Source: Eledone cirrhosa (Eukaryota). Taken from it: a DNA stretch of 64,000 nucleotides. The stretch spans positions 210,056,001 through 210,120,000 of the forward strand of contig OZ024742.1 in NCBI GenBank assembly GCA_964016885.1, in the 5' to 3' direction. The translations under genes and the position numbers were made by a program. Positions within the stretch are counted from its first letter, which is position 1. Each line of letters opens with the position of its first letter. Shown piece by piece: positions 53,585 through 64,000 of the stretch. The notes under the pieces are model-generated. The model saw only the letters and a program-made list of their open reading frames with translations, was not told the origin of the DNA and did not search any database.

Positions 53585-54355
53585 ATAGTTTCTACTTTAG
53601 GTACAAGGCCAGCAATTTGAAGAGAAGGGAAAAGTTGATTAAATCGCCCCAGTACAGTACTGACACTTTATTTTATCGACCCTATAAGGATGAAAGGCAA
53701 AGCTAACCTCGGCGGGATTTGAACTCAGAACGTAAAGGGTTGTAACTCGATGCATAGTGTCAATATAATTATTAATTGTTTCTACTTTTGGCACAAGGCC
53801 AGCAATTACCCAGTGTATTACTGGTACTTTATTTTTTCGACCCCGTAAGGATGAAAGGCAAAGTTAACCATGGTGGGATTTGAACTCAGACCATAAAGGG
53901 GCGTAACTATGCTGGAAAGCATGGTGTCCGACTCTCTACCGTAATGAAGTGCAAATAGATTACAAAAGCAACATTTCTCTAAGTGCTGTCAGAAAAGAGA
54001 GAGAACGTTGGTTTGTGTAGAATAGCATGTTTCTTTGTGGAACCTGTATTGTTTGTCATTGAAGTACGAAAGATATTCAAGATGATGATGGGAGTTGTAG
54101 AATTCGTCTCTTTTATTATTACCTCTCCTACGTTGGAGGAGTGGTAATAAGTCGGTAGTTAATATAATTGTTTCTACTTTTGGCACAAGGCCAGCAATCA
54201 TCCCAGTGCATTACTAGTGCTTTTATTTTATCGATTACGTAAGGATGAAAGGCAAAGCTAACATCGGCGGGATTTCAACTCCGAACGTAAATGGCCATAA
54301 CTATGCTCCAAAGCATGGTGTCTGACGCTCTACCGATACTGTCAATCCACCGCCC
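53585..54355 (-). mobile_element. Three SINE family 1 copies (~53585-53750, 53775-53940, 54167-54355)
   Basis: Consensus matches. Confidence 0.87.
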
Positions 54356-54360
54356 TTAAT

Positions 54361-54395
<35 letters not shown>

Positions 54396-54547
54396 GACGA
54401 GGATGATGATGTTTCATTATATTAACAACCGGTCGGTAGTTAATATAATGAAAGTGATTATGAGGGTGGGACAACTGTCATATTTTTCTATTGATTGGGC
54501 TAGAAACACGTACAGAAAGGTTAAAGTGAATACCATTTGTGTCATAT

Positions 54548-55035
54548 TTAATAATAATAATAATAATGAAATTATTGTGTAAAGTGCTCAGGTGCACCAC
54601 ATCTCGTCAATATAGTACATAGAATAATACACAAATGTCAGGGAAGTACATGTGTGTATGTGTTAGCTGTAGTGTTGGCGGATCTCGGGAAGCATGGAGG
54701 CCTTAAAGGATGCAGTGTCTCGACAGCTAACAACTGATGCAGGTAGTTTGTTCCATGCTTCAGCAACTCTGAGCGTGAAAAAATGTTTCCGAAAGTCATG
54801 GGAACTGTGCTGTTTTCTTACTTTGTGGACATGTCCACGTGTGTTAGACACATGGAAATCAAAAAGGTACTCAGGGTTGTTGTTGGCAACATGGTTAACA
54901 ATTTTGTGGGTGTTTACCAAGTCAGTTGCCAGGCGTCGGAGCTTCAATGAATCCATGCCCAGGGAAGCAAGGCGCTCAGAGTATGGTAGATGCCTGATGG
55001 AGGGTATTCGCTTGGTTGCACGTCTCTGAACAGTT
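54548..55035 (-). mobile_element. CR1-clade LINE 3' fragment
   Basis: SLKLRRLATDL...TRGH...RKHFFTLRVAEAWNKLP; (ATT)n tail. Confidence 0.88.
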
Positions 55036-55847
55036 TAGCTTTCAATAGCTGGATATACACTTGCGGTCGCTACTCCATACAAGTGAAAGCAGTACTCTGT
55101 ATTAGAGCGGTTGTGCCTCACCGAAACATCCAACAATAGTTGATATGATCGCCTTGCCACTAGTAGTATGAACCAAATTCACAGTTACTTGATCATTGCC
55201 TTATCTACTGATACGACATCCTGCTTACCAATGTCGTCGTTTAACCCTGTCAGGATTGGTTTGACAGATTGCCTATCAAGGCCAAAGAGCTCTGTCCGCC
55301 CCGGCTTTGAAATCAGAGTGGTCCCTCTCCTAGACAGATTGCCAACCAAGGCTACCAAATATATATATATATATACACTATATACATATTTACACAATTT
55401 CTGGATGGCCGTTGACTCTTATGAGTTCTTCCGTCCTTTGTCAGGTTTTGTTTTTGTCCTGCAGGATGTCCAAAATCACCCTCCTCACCAAGTAAACTTG
55501 ATGGGGTTGCCGGTTTAGTCGCCGACAACCCGACCATGCGACAGGTTGTACTGGGTTACATGTTACCAGTAGCACTCGGAAGTGGCCTGACACACGCTAT
55601 GAGAGACAGAGATGGATGGAGGAAACGTGTCGTAGAAAGCCGATCAAGCTCGACCTGATGATGATGAATACTATGGTCAGATAGAAGAAACTCCTTTTAA
55701 AGAACACACCAACATCTGGTCCTTCTGAGCCTTTAGTAGAGATCATTGTTAGTATCCAGACCAAATACTTGGAAACCACTCTGTCCACGTTTTTCCTGCT
55801 GACAGTCTCTATAAAGGGCTTAGAGACTGTGCCCTGGTGCTTATAAA

Positions 55848-56036
55848 TGGTTTCTGATTTAGGTACAGGGCCATCAATTTGGGGAGAAGGAAGACGTCTA
55901 TTAAATCGAGCCTAGTGCATTACTGGTACTTTATTTTACCGACCCCGTAAGGAGGAAAGAAAAAGTTATCCTCGGCAAGATTTGAATTCACGTCGTAGAG
56001 TGCTGTAATTATATGCCGCAAAGCATGTCGTCCGAT

Positions 56037-56067
<31 letters not shown>

Positions 56068-57175
56068 ACCCCACCACCACCACCACCACCTGATAAATAA
56101 AAACTTATAAATTAAAACAAAATTAGTTAATTAATTAAAATCCCTTGCAACATTAAAAACTTTCTAATCGTACAAAATAAAACCTCCGAAAATAAGGACT
56201 AAACAATGGCCTTTTTAAAATAATAGTTGATTTGTTTTTACAGTAAATAGAATGCCATCATACATACACAAATTGTTGTTGTTGTTGTTATTTATCTATC
56301 TAATTATAGGGCGGCGGGTTGGCAGTGTCGGTAGATCGTCGGACAATATGCTGTGCAAATCTCGCCCCGCCTAGGTTGACTTTGCCTTTCATCCTTATGG
56401 GTTCGATAAAATAAAGTACCAGTAATGCACTGGGTAATTGCTGGCCTTGTGCCTAAAGTAGAAACAATTATTTATTTATTTATAGTTTCTGATATAGACA
56501 CAAGGAGGGAAAATTCGATTAAATCGACCCAGTGTGTTACTGATATTTTAATATAAAGTACCAGTAACGCAAAATTGTAGGCCTTGTGCTACCCCAGAAA
56601 CCATTATTTACAATTATTTATTTATTAATTTATTTACTTATTTATTTATTTATTTGTTTCTTTATTTATTTATGATAGGTAGAAATGTCCCTAACGCTGA
56701 GACTGGTGCAACAGATAACGTTCAGCTCGCAAGTTGATAACTGCAGAAATAACATATACAGGAAAGGGTTTTAAGGCGTTCAGTGGAGGAAAGTCTGAAT
56801 GTATCAGTTAGTGTGATGTTTGGGAAAGTAGAAATATGTGTGACGTAAGATTATGTAAGCGTGTTTGTAGTACGTACACAAATACGTATGCAAGCAAGTA
56901 TGCGTGTGTGTACGTGGGTGTGAGTATGCAACGGTGTGTGTGTGTGTATGTTTTCGTGTGTATCTCGGGACGTGTTAGTGTGTGTAAGTGTTTATGTATA
57001 TGTGTGTGCAATAGTATGTGTTCGTGTCTGTAGGTGTAAATTCAAGATTCTTAACATTAAATACATACAGGAAGATAATTATCAAATCCTGAAGTGTTCT
57101 CTGCATCTATTATATCAACTCCAGTGCATTACTGGTACTTTATTTTATCGACCCCGTAAGGATGAAAGGCAAAAC
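55848..57175. mobile_element. Several SINE family 1 copies/fragments (- 55848-56040, + 56308-56468, degraded ~56480-56600, - 57120-57175)
   Basis: Consensus matches. Confidence 0.8.
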
Positions 57176-58152
57176 TAAGTTAATCAACTGAGCCAACAAT
57201 GAAGCTTCTTTGTGATCCAACCTGCTACAAATAGCCGCCTAATCTCCCTCAATTCACATCCTACACAAAAAAAGGACGCATTAAACATTTGTGTTCTACA
57301 TATGCTATAGTGAGAAAATACGAGATAATCGTGGCTAAAACTCCTTTTGAATATATGTTTGCTTAATAATAGCTGACCTATAAACTAGATCTAGCACTTT
57401 TCAACTTATATCAAGAGTTATTCCCCTTATGATATATTTTTTTCATAACTTGAGTTATTGCCCTTGATTTCTTTTTTTTTTTCTAATTTCTGAAATTACG
57501 GTAGTGGATGTGGGTACTGCTGTTCTTGGTGGTGGTGGTGGTGGTGGTAGCTTAACTAGACCTCTGATCAAAGGTATTCCAGCTATGACAAACTTTCATG
57601 TTTGCATGTCAAGTATTACATTGTTGAATATGTCTTATTTTTTTAGACGATGAGATGTGATTTAATGGAAATTTGATTGCTTTTTCTAGCAGATCAAGCG
57701 AGTGTGTATATGTTCCGTCGTTAGTTTATTGCTATTGTTGTTGGTGATATTGCAAGTTTCTGCTATTGCTAGAGTTGTTGTTGTTATTGCAAGTGTTGTT
57801 ATTGTTTTTGTTATTGCAACCGTTGTTTCTGTTGTTGCTATTGTTGTTATTACAAATGTTGTTTCTACCAATAGTTATCGTGGAAGATATAAGGGAACAC
57901 TTGAAAATTTGAGACTCCCAAATGCAGAAAATAATTGTATTAACAGTCAATCGCAATAAATAATAGTTGAGAAAAATATATAAACTAGCTTAAAGACGGG
58001 GAAATATGAACAAATGCGCCTATGTCTACATTATAAAGATGGCAGACTGAATATGCACGTGTGTTTTTTTCCCCCTCATTTTTTTCCTCATTTTCCCCGT
58101 TCCTTCTTCTCATCACTATTTACTCTCTATTTATCTTCTGTTTCTAACTCTA

Positions 58153-58188
58153 TCTTCTGATGAAGGACTAGTGTCCGAAATGTTAAGA
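58153..58188 (+). ncRNA. Minimal hammerhead ribozyme
   Basis: TCTT-CTGATGA-a-GGAC-tagt-GTCC-GAAA-TGTT-AAGA (GAAAC to GAAAT, CpG-type change); tail agtgttaaactaata. Confidence 0.75.
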
Positions 58189-58884
58189 CTCTCTTCCTGC
58201 TATTTCAAGTGTTAAACTAATACATTTCTTCCATGTACTGTGTCGTTTGTTTTGTTATTTCTGTTTATCTTTAACATATATGTGCATGTGTGTGTGTGTG
58301 TGAGTGTGTGTGTGTGTGTGCGTGTGTGTGTGTGTGTTTGTGTGTGTGCGTGTGTGTGTATTCATAGATACATGTCAGTCGTGTGACATAATAGACAATA
58401 TACAATCAAAACATAAACTGTATAATATAAAGGCACGGCACGTAATGACATTGTTATTTGGACGTTAAATATTCTATTCTTTCTTTCGGAAACCAAATCT
58501 GGTTACCTTCCAAACGTACGGATTGTTTTGTTTTGTTTTGTTTTTCTTTTTCTTTATTTCTAGTCTTTATAGGTTTGGAGTAGAGATTAGCCTGCTTAAT
58601 ACGGAAGTGTTTTTATTCATTAAATATTCAAGCTATACTACCTTCCAAACAAATGATTATAAATTCGTCAGATTTTATTGTGGTGAAATTTTTTACTTCT
58701 TTTACATTTTCTACCTACTTCTAATTTTTCTCTATTTGTTTCTTGAGAGAGTGTGTTGTTGTTGTTGTTGTCCTAATGCTTCCGCTTTGTTTGGCTGTTT
58801 TGAAATAACAATTAAATCTATAATAGTTATGTGGGTATATGTAGGCGTACACACACAAACACACACATACATACATGACTGATG

Positions 58885-59082
58885 ACTTATTGGCATTCCG
58901 TCGGTAACGACGATGAGTGTATCAATTGATCCGATCAACAAAACCGCCTGCTTGTGAAATTAACGTGCAAGTGGCTGAGCATTCCATAGACAAGCGTACT
59001 CTTAACGTACTTTTCAGTGAGATTCAGCGTGACACCGAACGTGACAAGGATAGCCCTTTGAATTACAGGTACAACTCATTTT
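58885..59082 (-). mobile_element. SINE family 2, 3' part
   Basis: Homologous to 62008-62195. Confidence 0.85.
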
Positions 59083-59090
59083 ACATACAT

Positions 59091-59170
<80 letters not shown>

Positions 59171-59177
<7 letters not shown>

Positions 59178-59551
59178 TTGGTGCTCTGAAATAGCGATGT
59201 ATACATGAATGTATATATAGTATATTTGGCAATATACTGTATGTTTAATTAAAAACATTTTAAAGACCTTGCGCTATTATTTTAAAGTAGTGACTATGTC
59301 ACTTACTTCTTTTTTCAATAAAACAAAGGGAGATAAGCTGACAGATCTGTTTCATACTGTTGGTAATCACCAGAGCTTAGCACTCGCCTTTGCCTGTTGA
59401 AAATTATAGATGATGGATTCTAGTAATAATCAGGAACTGATTATACAGAGCGATTGCCGGTCCATCAAAAATTGAAAATTAGAATTGGTGCTCTGAAATA
59501 GCGATGTATACATGAATTGGCAATATACTGTATGCTTAATTAAAAACATTT
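59171..59551 (-). mobile_element. Retrozyme-like non-coding element with terminal direct repeats and internal HHR
   Basis: attagaattggtgctctgaaatagcg...aaaaacatttt occurs at 59171-59261 and 59478-59551; HHR at 59334-59379; flanked by (TA)n. Confidence 0.7.
59334..59379 (-). ncRNA. Type I hammerhead (A6G variant)
   Basis: Minus strand: TAAGCT-CTGGTGA-tTAC-caaca-GTAt-GAAAC-AGATCT-GTC-AGCTTA; palindromic stem III, GUC triplet. Confidence 0.75.
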
Positions 59552-59567
59552 TGATATATATATATAA

Positions 59568-59634
<67 letters not shown>

Positions 59635-59719
59635 TATATATATTTCTATTCCGTTTACCAATATATATATATATATATATATATATAAGTACTTCCACAA
59701 CAGTTAATTCAACATTTCT

Positions 59720-59757
59720 GAGAACAATTTGTTTCACCTTAGACGGATCATCAGCTC
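59720..59757 (-). ncRNA. Possible minimal hammerhead
   Basis: Minus strand: GAG-CTGATGA-tCC-gtctaa-GGt-GAAAC-aaatt-GTT-CTC; weak stems. Confidence 0.55.
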
Positions 59758-59835
59758 CGTTTAAATGAGATTATACGGAACCATCTACTATGGATCTTAA
59801 CCATCTACTATGTCAGGGTATGTCATGCATCATCT

Positions 59836-59902
59836 TATTTTATCTGATGAGGACGTACTGTTGAAGTTAGTTCAGTACCTCTGAAATATGTATAATAAAA
59901 TA
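59836..59902 (+). ncRNA. Type I hammerhead ribozyme
   Basis: TATTTTAT-CTGATGA-ggac-GTACTG-ttgaagttagtt-CAGTAC-ctct-GAAA-TATGTA-TA-ATAAAATA. Stems I and III closely match the HHR at 3227-3290. Confidence 0.82.
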
Positions 59903-60060
59903 TACTTGATCACAAGAAGTTCTATTTTTGTTAATATTTTGAATTAATATTTATAACTCCGCAAAAACATAACTGTTGAGTGCTTCCAATCTATTGTAAA
60001 ACTAATTCTTTGATTTATTCATTGGACCTTGTTTAACCTTTAAATATATATATATATATA

Positions 60061-60340
60061 TCATCATCATCATCATCATCATTTTACGTCCGCTTTTCCC
60101 TGCTTGCATGGGTTGGACGGGTCCTATTCAGCATCTCTCAGCTTGCCACGGTCATTCGTCATCTCCTCGGTGAGTTTCAGCGATCTGAGGTCTGCTCTCA
60201 CCACCTACGCCCATGTTTTACGTGGTCTACCTCTTCTGCGTCTTCCTTCTACTGAGATTTCTGGGCACTTCTTTACCCAGCGGTCATCCTCCATGCGCAT
60301 CACATGTCCATACCATCTCAGCCTTCTCTACATTGACATA
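60061..60340 (-). mobile_element. RTE-like LINE 3' fragment with (GAT)n tail
   Basis: Minus strand RRLRWYGHVMRM...GRRRRGRPRKTW. Confidence 0.82.
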
Positions 60341-60639
60341 CGTTTCATAAGGGATTTTTAAATCTTGCGAAGTCCATCCCTTCTCCAGACCTGAGTACAG
60401 CGGATATCTTTCAAAGAACGATAGAGAGTGAAAGAAAGGAAGTGAGAAAGAGATATAAAGGAAGAATCAACCCCAGTACTAGACAGGTACTTTATATATA
60501 TATATATGTGCATGTGCGTGTGCGCGCGTGCGTGCGTGCGTGCGTGCGTGCGTGTGTGCGTGTATGTGTGTGTGTGTAAAAGGTAAACAGAAATAACAAC
60601 ACAATCGGTACAGTATATGGAAGGGATATATTATGTTAA

Positions 60640-60985
60640 CTGACCAAGAAACTCACTACACGAGAATGCTGAAGATGCGTCTGAACATTAATCAGTATAC
60701 ACTGAGGATGAAGAAGTCAGAGCTGTATGGAGCCTCCCAAAGGTCAGCTCGAAAGTGACACAGAGGAGACTGAGGTTAGCTGGACATGCTCACCGACATT
60801 CAGAGTTGACACTGCACTCTGTGGTCCTGTGAGAGCCTCTACACGGACACAGTGGAAGAGGGAGACCCGGGACAAACACTTGTCTCTGGGAGACACAGGA
60901 CATGGCGGCTGTGATGAAGGACAGAGACCGCTGGTGAGAACTCGTCCATGGATCTCGGGAATTTTACCCGCCCTAGATACATAGA
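60640..60985 (+). mobile_element. Decayed RTE-like LINE 3' fragment
   Basis: YTRMLKMRLNI...RRLRLAGH-like motifs. Confidence 0.6.
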
Positions 60986-61074
60986 TTTATATAACACTCG
61001 CCCATACGCTGCCGCAATACAGGTTTAGTAAAAATAACTATTTTTATTAATGTAATTAAACAATGTCGAAGCAT

Positions 61075-61167
61075 TTACGCCAAAAGAATTTGTAATGGTC
61101 TGTGGTTAGTCGTGGAGTGCCAACGTCAATGGAAAGTGTAATCCAAAAATTCACTTACTACCCTTAT

Positions 61168-61248
<81 letters not shown>

Positions 61249-61390
61249 AGGGTAGTAAGTTATTTTGGGGATTACACTTTCCAGCGAAGAAAAGTTCTCC
61301 GTTTTTCATCTCATGATCCTTCACCGCTTTTTCCATTGATGTTGGCACTCCACGACTAACCACAGACAATTACAAATTCCTTTGGCGTAA
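61075..61390. repeat. Inverted repeat around a palindromic (CA)n(TA)n(TG)n core
   Basis: 61075-61170 pairs with 61243-61390; the right arm has ~47 extra bases between ttcca repeats. Confidence 0.9.
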
Positions 61391-61511
61391 CTAACTGCAT
61401 TGTTCACTAACTCGAAATACTTTTAAAACCCTCCAGTAACTGTTGAGTGCTCTAAATCAGTTATAAACATATATATTTGTCGGACTTCCAACAAATTAAA
61501 TACCCCTTCTA

Positions 61512-61550
<39 letters not shown>

Positions 61551-61759
61551 ATATTATAATTGAATAGAAAAGAAAGACGAACACAGATGTATACATATAT
61601 GTGTTCAAATCGTAAGGGACCAGATTCGCTAAGGTGAAAAGAATACTAACTATAGACAATAGGGTTTGCCTGACTCAATTTAAGAATAAATCAAGAAAAT
61701 AAATACAAACCGGAATTGTAAGAGACTATTTTGAGTTTCTAACTCAATATATACCTTTG

Positions 61760-61877
<118 letters not shown>

Positions 61878-62007
61878 GCTGAAATGGTAGAAGCTCAACC
61901 GTAGGGCAGAAAATCATTATGATACCTACACTCTACTTTTTTAAGTACTAAGCTGAATAGTCGTCTTACTAGTCATAACCTAGTAACCCCTTTTATATGT
62001 AACTAAC

Positions 62008-62322
62008 TACTGGCACTCCGTCGGTTACGACGACGAGTGTTCCAGTTGCTACGATCAACGGAACCGCCTGCTCGTGAAATTAACGTGCAAGTGGCTGAGC
62101 ATTCCACAGAAACGCGTACCCTTATCGTAGTTCTCATCGTGACACAGTATGTGACAAGGCGAGATTTTCGAATTACAGGCACAACTCATTTTTGCCAGCT
62201 GCGTGGACTGGAGCAGAGTGAAATAAAGTGTCTTGCTGAAGGACACAACGTGCCGCTGAGAATCGAGTTCACAACCTTACGATTGTTAGTCGAATAGCCT
62301 AACCACAAAGCCACGCTCCTTC
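62008..62322 (-). mobile_element. SINE family 2, full length (tRNA head)
   Basis: Minus strand tgaaggagcgtggctttgtggttagg (A-box), degenerate B-box, gtgtccttcagcaagacacttta, and an (AGTT)n-like tail. Confidence 0.88.
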
Positions 62323-62408
62323 ATCCTCTCACATGTATATATATATGATAGAGGCGTATAAGGAAACATTTACAATATGTATGATAAACATATATGTCTC
62401 GCTGTGAT

Positions 62409-62714
62409 CAGGGTTGGATTTAGACCTTGGGGAGCACGGGGCACTTCAGATTGGGGGGTGGCTCATACACAGAAATTAGAATACACAGGAAACCCCCCAA
62501 TTTTACGTATCAAAGTTAGCTTGGTGCAACTAGTTGGAATTGAAAAGTTATTTATTCAGGTATTAAATTCAAAAATTCTAACCATCCTAAAACTAAAAAA
62601 ATCCACCTGAGGGCACAAATAAATTGTTATGGCCGTTGCTGATCCCCCCCCCCCCCACACACACACTGCAAGGGGGCCAATTGCTTCCTTTGCTCCCCAT
62701 TAAATCTGGCCCTG
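62409..62714. mobile_element. MITE with 14-bp imperfect TIRs
   Basis: CAGGGTTGGATTTA / TAAATCTGGCCCTG. Confidence 0.6.
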
Positions 62715-63099
62715 GCCTTTAATCATGTCACAGCTACCTTAGTAACCGTGTGAGGATAAGAGAGACTCACAGCGCGACTTATATATGTTTATTATACATA
62801 AACATACCATATATGCTTCCATATAAGCCTTTATTGTTGTGTATTAGTACTACTGCTAATTAATATATGTTATAGTAATTTCAGGGGCGGTGGAACTGGA
62901 AGTAGGGGGAAGGAGACCCCCCTCCGCGCCCGCCCCCCAAAAAGAACAAAAATAGTAATTATTATTATTATAAATAAAGTACCAGTAATGCACTGGGTAA
63001 TTGCTGGCCTTGTGCCTAAAGTAGAAACAATTATTATTATATTTTTCTCCCCAAACTACCAAAACACACACCTATTTGTATATGCGCTACAATTTATGT

Positions 63100-63830
63100 A
63101 CATGTTATGTAGATATAGATGGAAGACATAGATACAGATATAGAGAGGGGGAGAGTTTCATAGTAATTGATATAGAGAGGAAGGTTGGGTGAGTGTGTTG
63201 TAGATTACATATAGAGAGGGAGAGGGATTGATATTTATTGATATAGAGAGGAGGATTGGTAAGAACATTCCGTGTAGTAGATATAAAGAGGGGCAGGGTT
63301 TGATGTTAATTGATATAGAGAGGGTGATTGGGAGAGTATGTTGTATGATTGATGTAGAGAGGGGAAGAGTTTGGTTTTACTTGCTATAGAGAGGAGGATT
63401 AGAAGAGAGTTCCGAGTAGTAGATATAGAGCGGGGGACATTTTGGTATTAATGAATAGAATGAGAGGATAGATAGAGGTGGATATTGATAGATATAGAGA
63501 GGGGGGGGGGCGTTTGGTAGTGATGGATAAATTGAGAGGGAATGAGAGAGAGTTTTGTATGGTAGATATAAAGAGGGGGATAGTTTGCTGGTAATTGATA
63601 TATAGAGGGGGTGGGAGAGTGTGTTGTATATTAGATATAGAGAGGGGAAGAGATTGATGTTTATTGATATAGAGAGGATGTGGTAGGGATGGCGAGGGTG
63701 AGAGTTTAGAGATGATTGCTATATAGAGAGGATAGTGAGAGTGTTTTGTATGTTAGATATAGAGATGGGGATAATTTGGTGGTTGTAGATATAGAGAAAA
63801 GATGATAAGAGAGTGCCGTGTAGTAGACAT
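63100..63830. repeat. Degenerate purine-rich minisatellite (gatatagagagg units)
   Basis: Recurrent gatatagagag(g) every ~25-60 bp; composition resembles the PLE 3' regions on the opposite strand. Confidence 0.65.
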
Positions 63831-64000
63831 GGGGATGGTCCCAAATAATAAGAGGTGTGGGAATGAGAGGGTGTGCTTGTAAAATTGGTAATTGTATAGT
63901 TTAGTTTCGTAGATAAGGGTTTTCTTGTAATGTTATTTTTTTATCGTATATAATGTTTTTTTAATGTAAAATAAAATAGTTAGACCTGAGAGTACGTGAA

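Overview
AT-rich, microsatellite-saturated eukaryotic DNA. The SINE families and TA/CA/CATA tracts suggest an octopus-like cephalopod (inference). No intact host gene is visible, and most listed ORFs are translated microsatellites. The window is mostly decayed transposons: R4/Dong-like, CRE, RTE and CR1 LINE fragments, mariner, pogo and Chapaev3-like DNA transposons, a non-autonomous Helitron, and more than 20 tRNA-derived SINEs. The main hidden signal is about 17 type I hammerhead ribozyme (HHR) motifs (stem I-CUGANGA-stem II-GAAA-stem III-NUH-stem I'), read by eye on both strands. Some lie in Penelope-like element (PLE) pseudo-LTRs next to GIY-YIG remnants. Others lie in short non-coding, terminally redundant, retrozyme-like units embedded in (TA)n. 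Several fold-back palindromes (0.17 to 3.3 kb), one with a tRNA-like head, suggest self-primed hairpin cDNA synthesis. All calls are by eye; no searches or folding programs were run.
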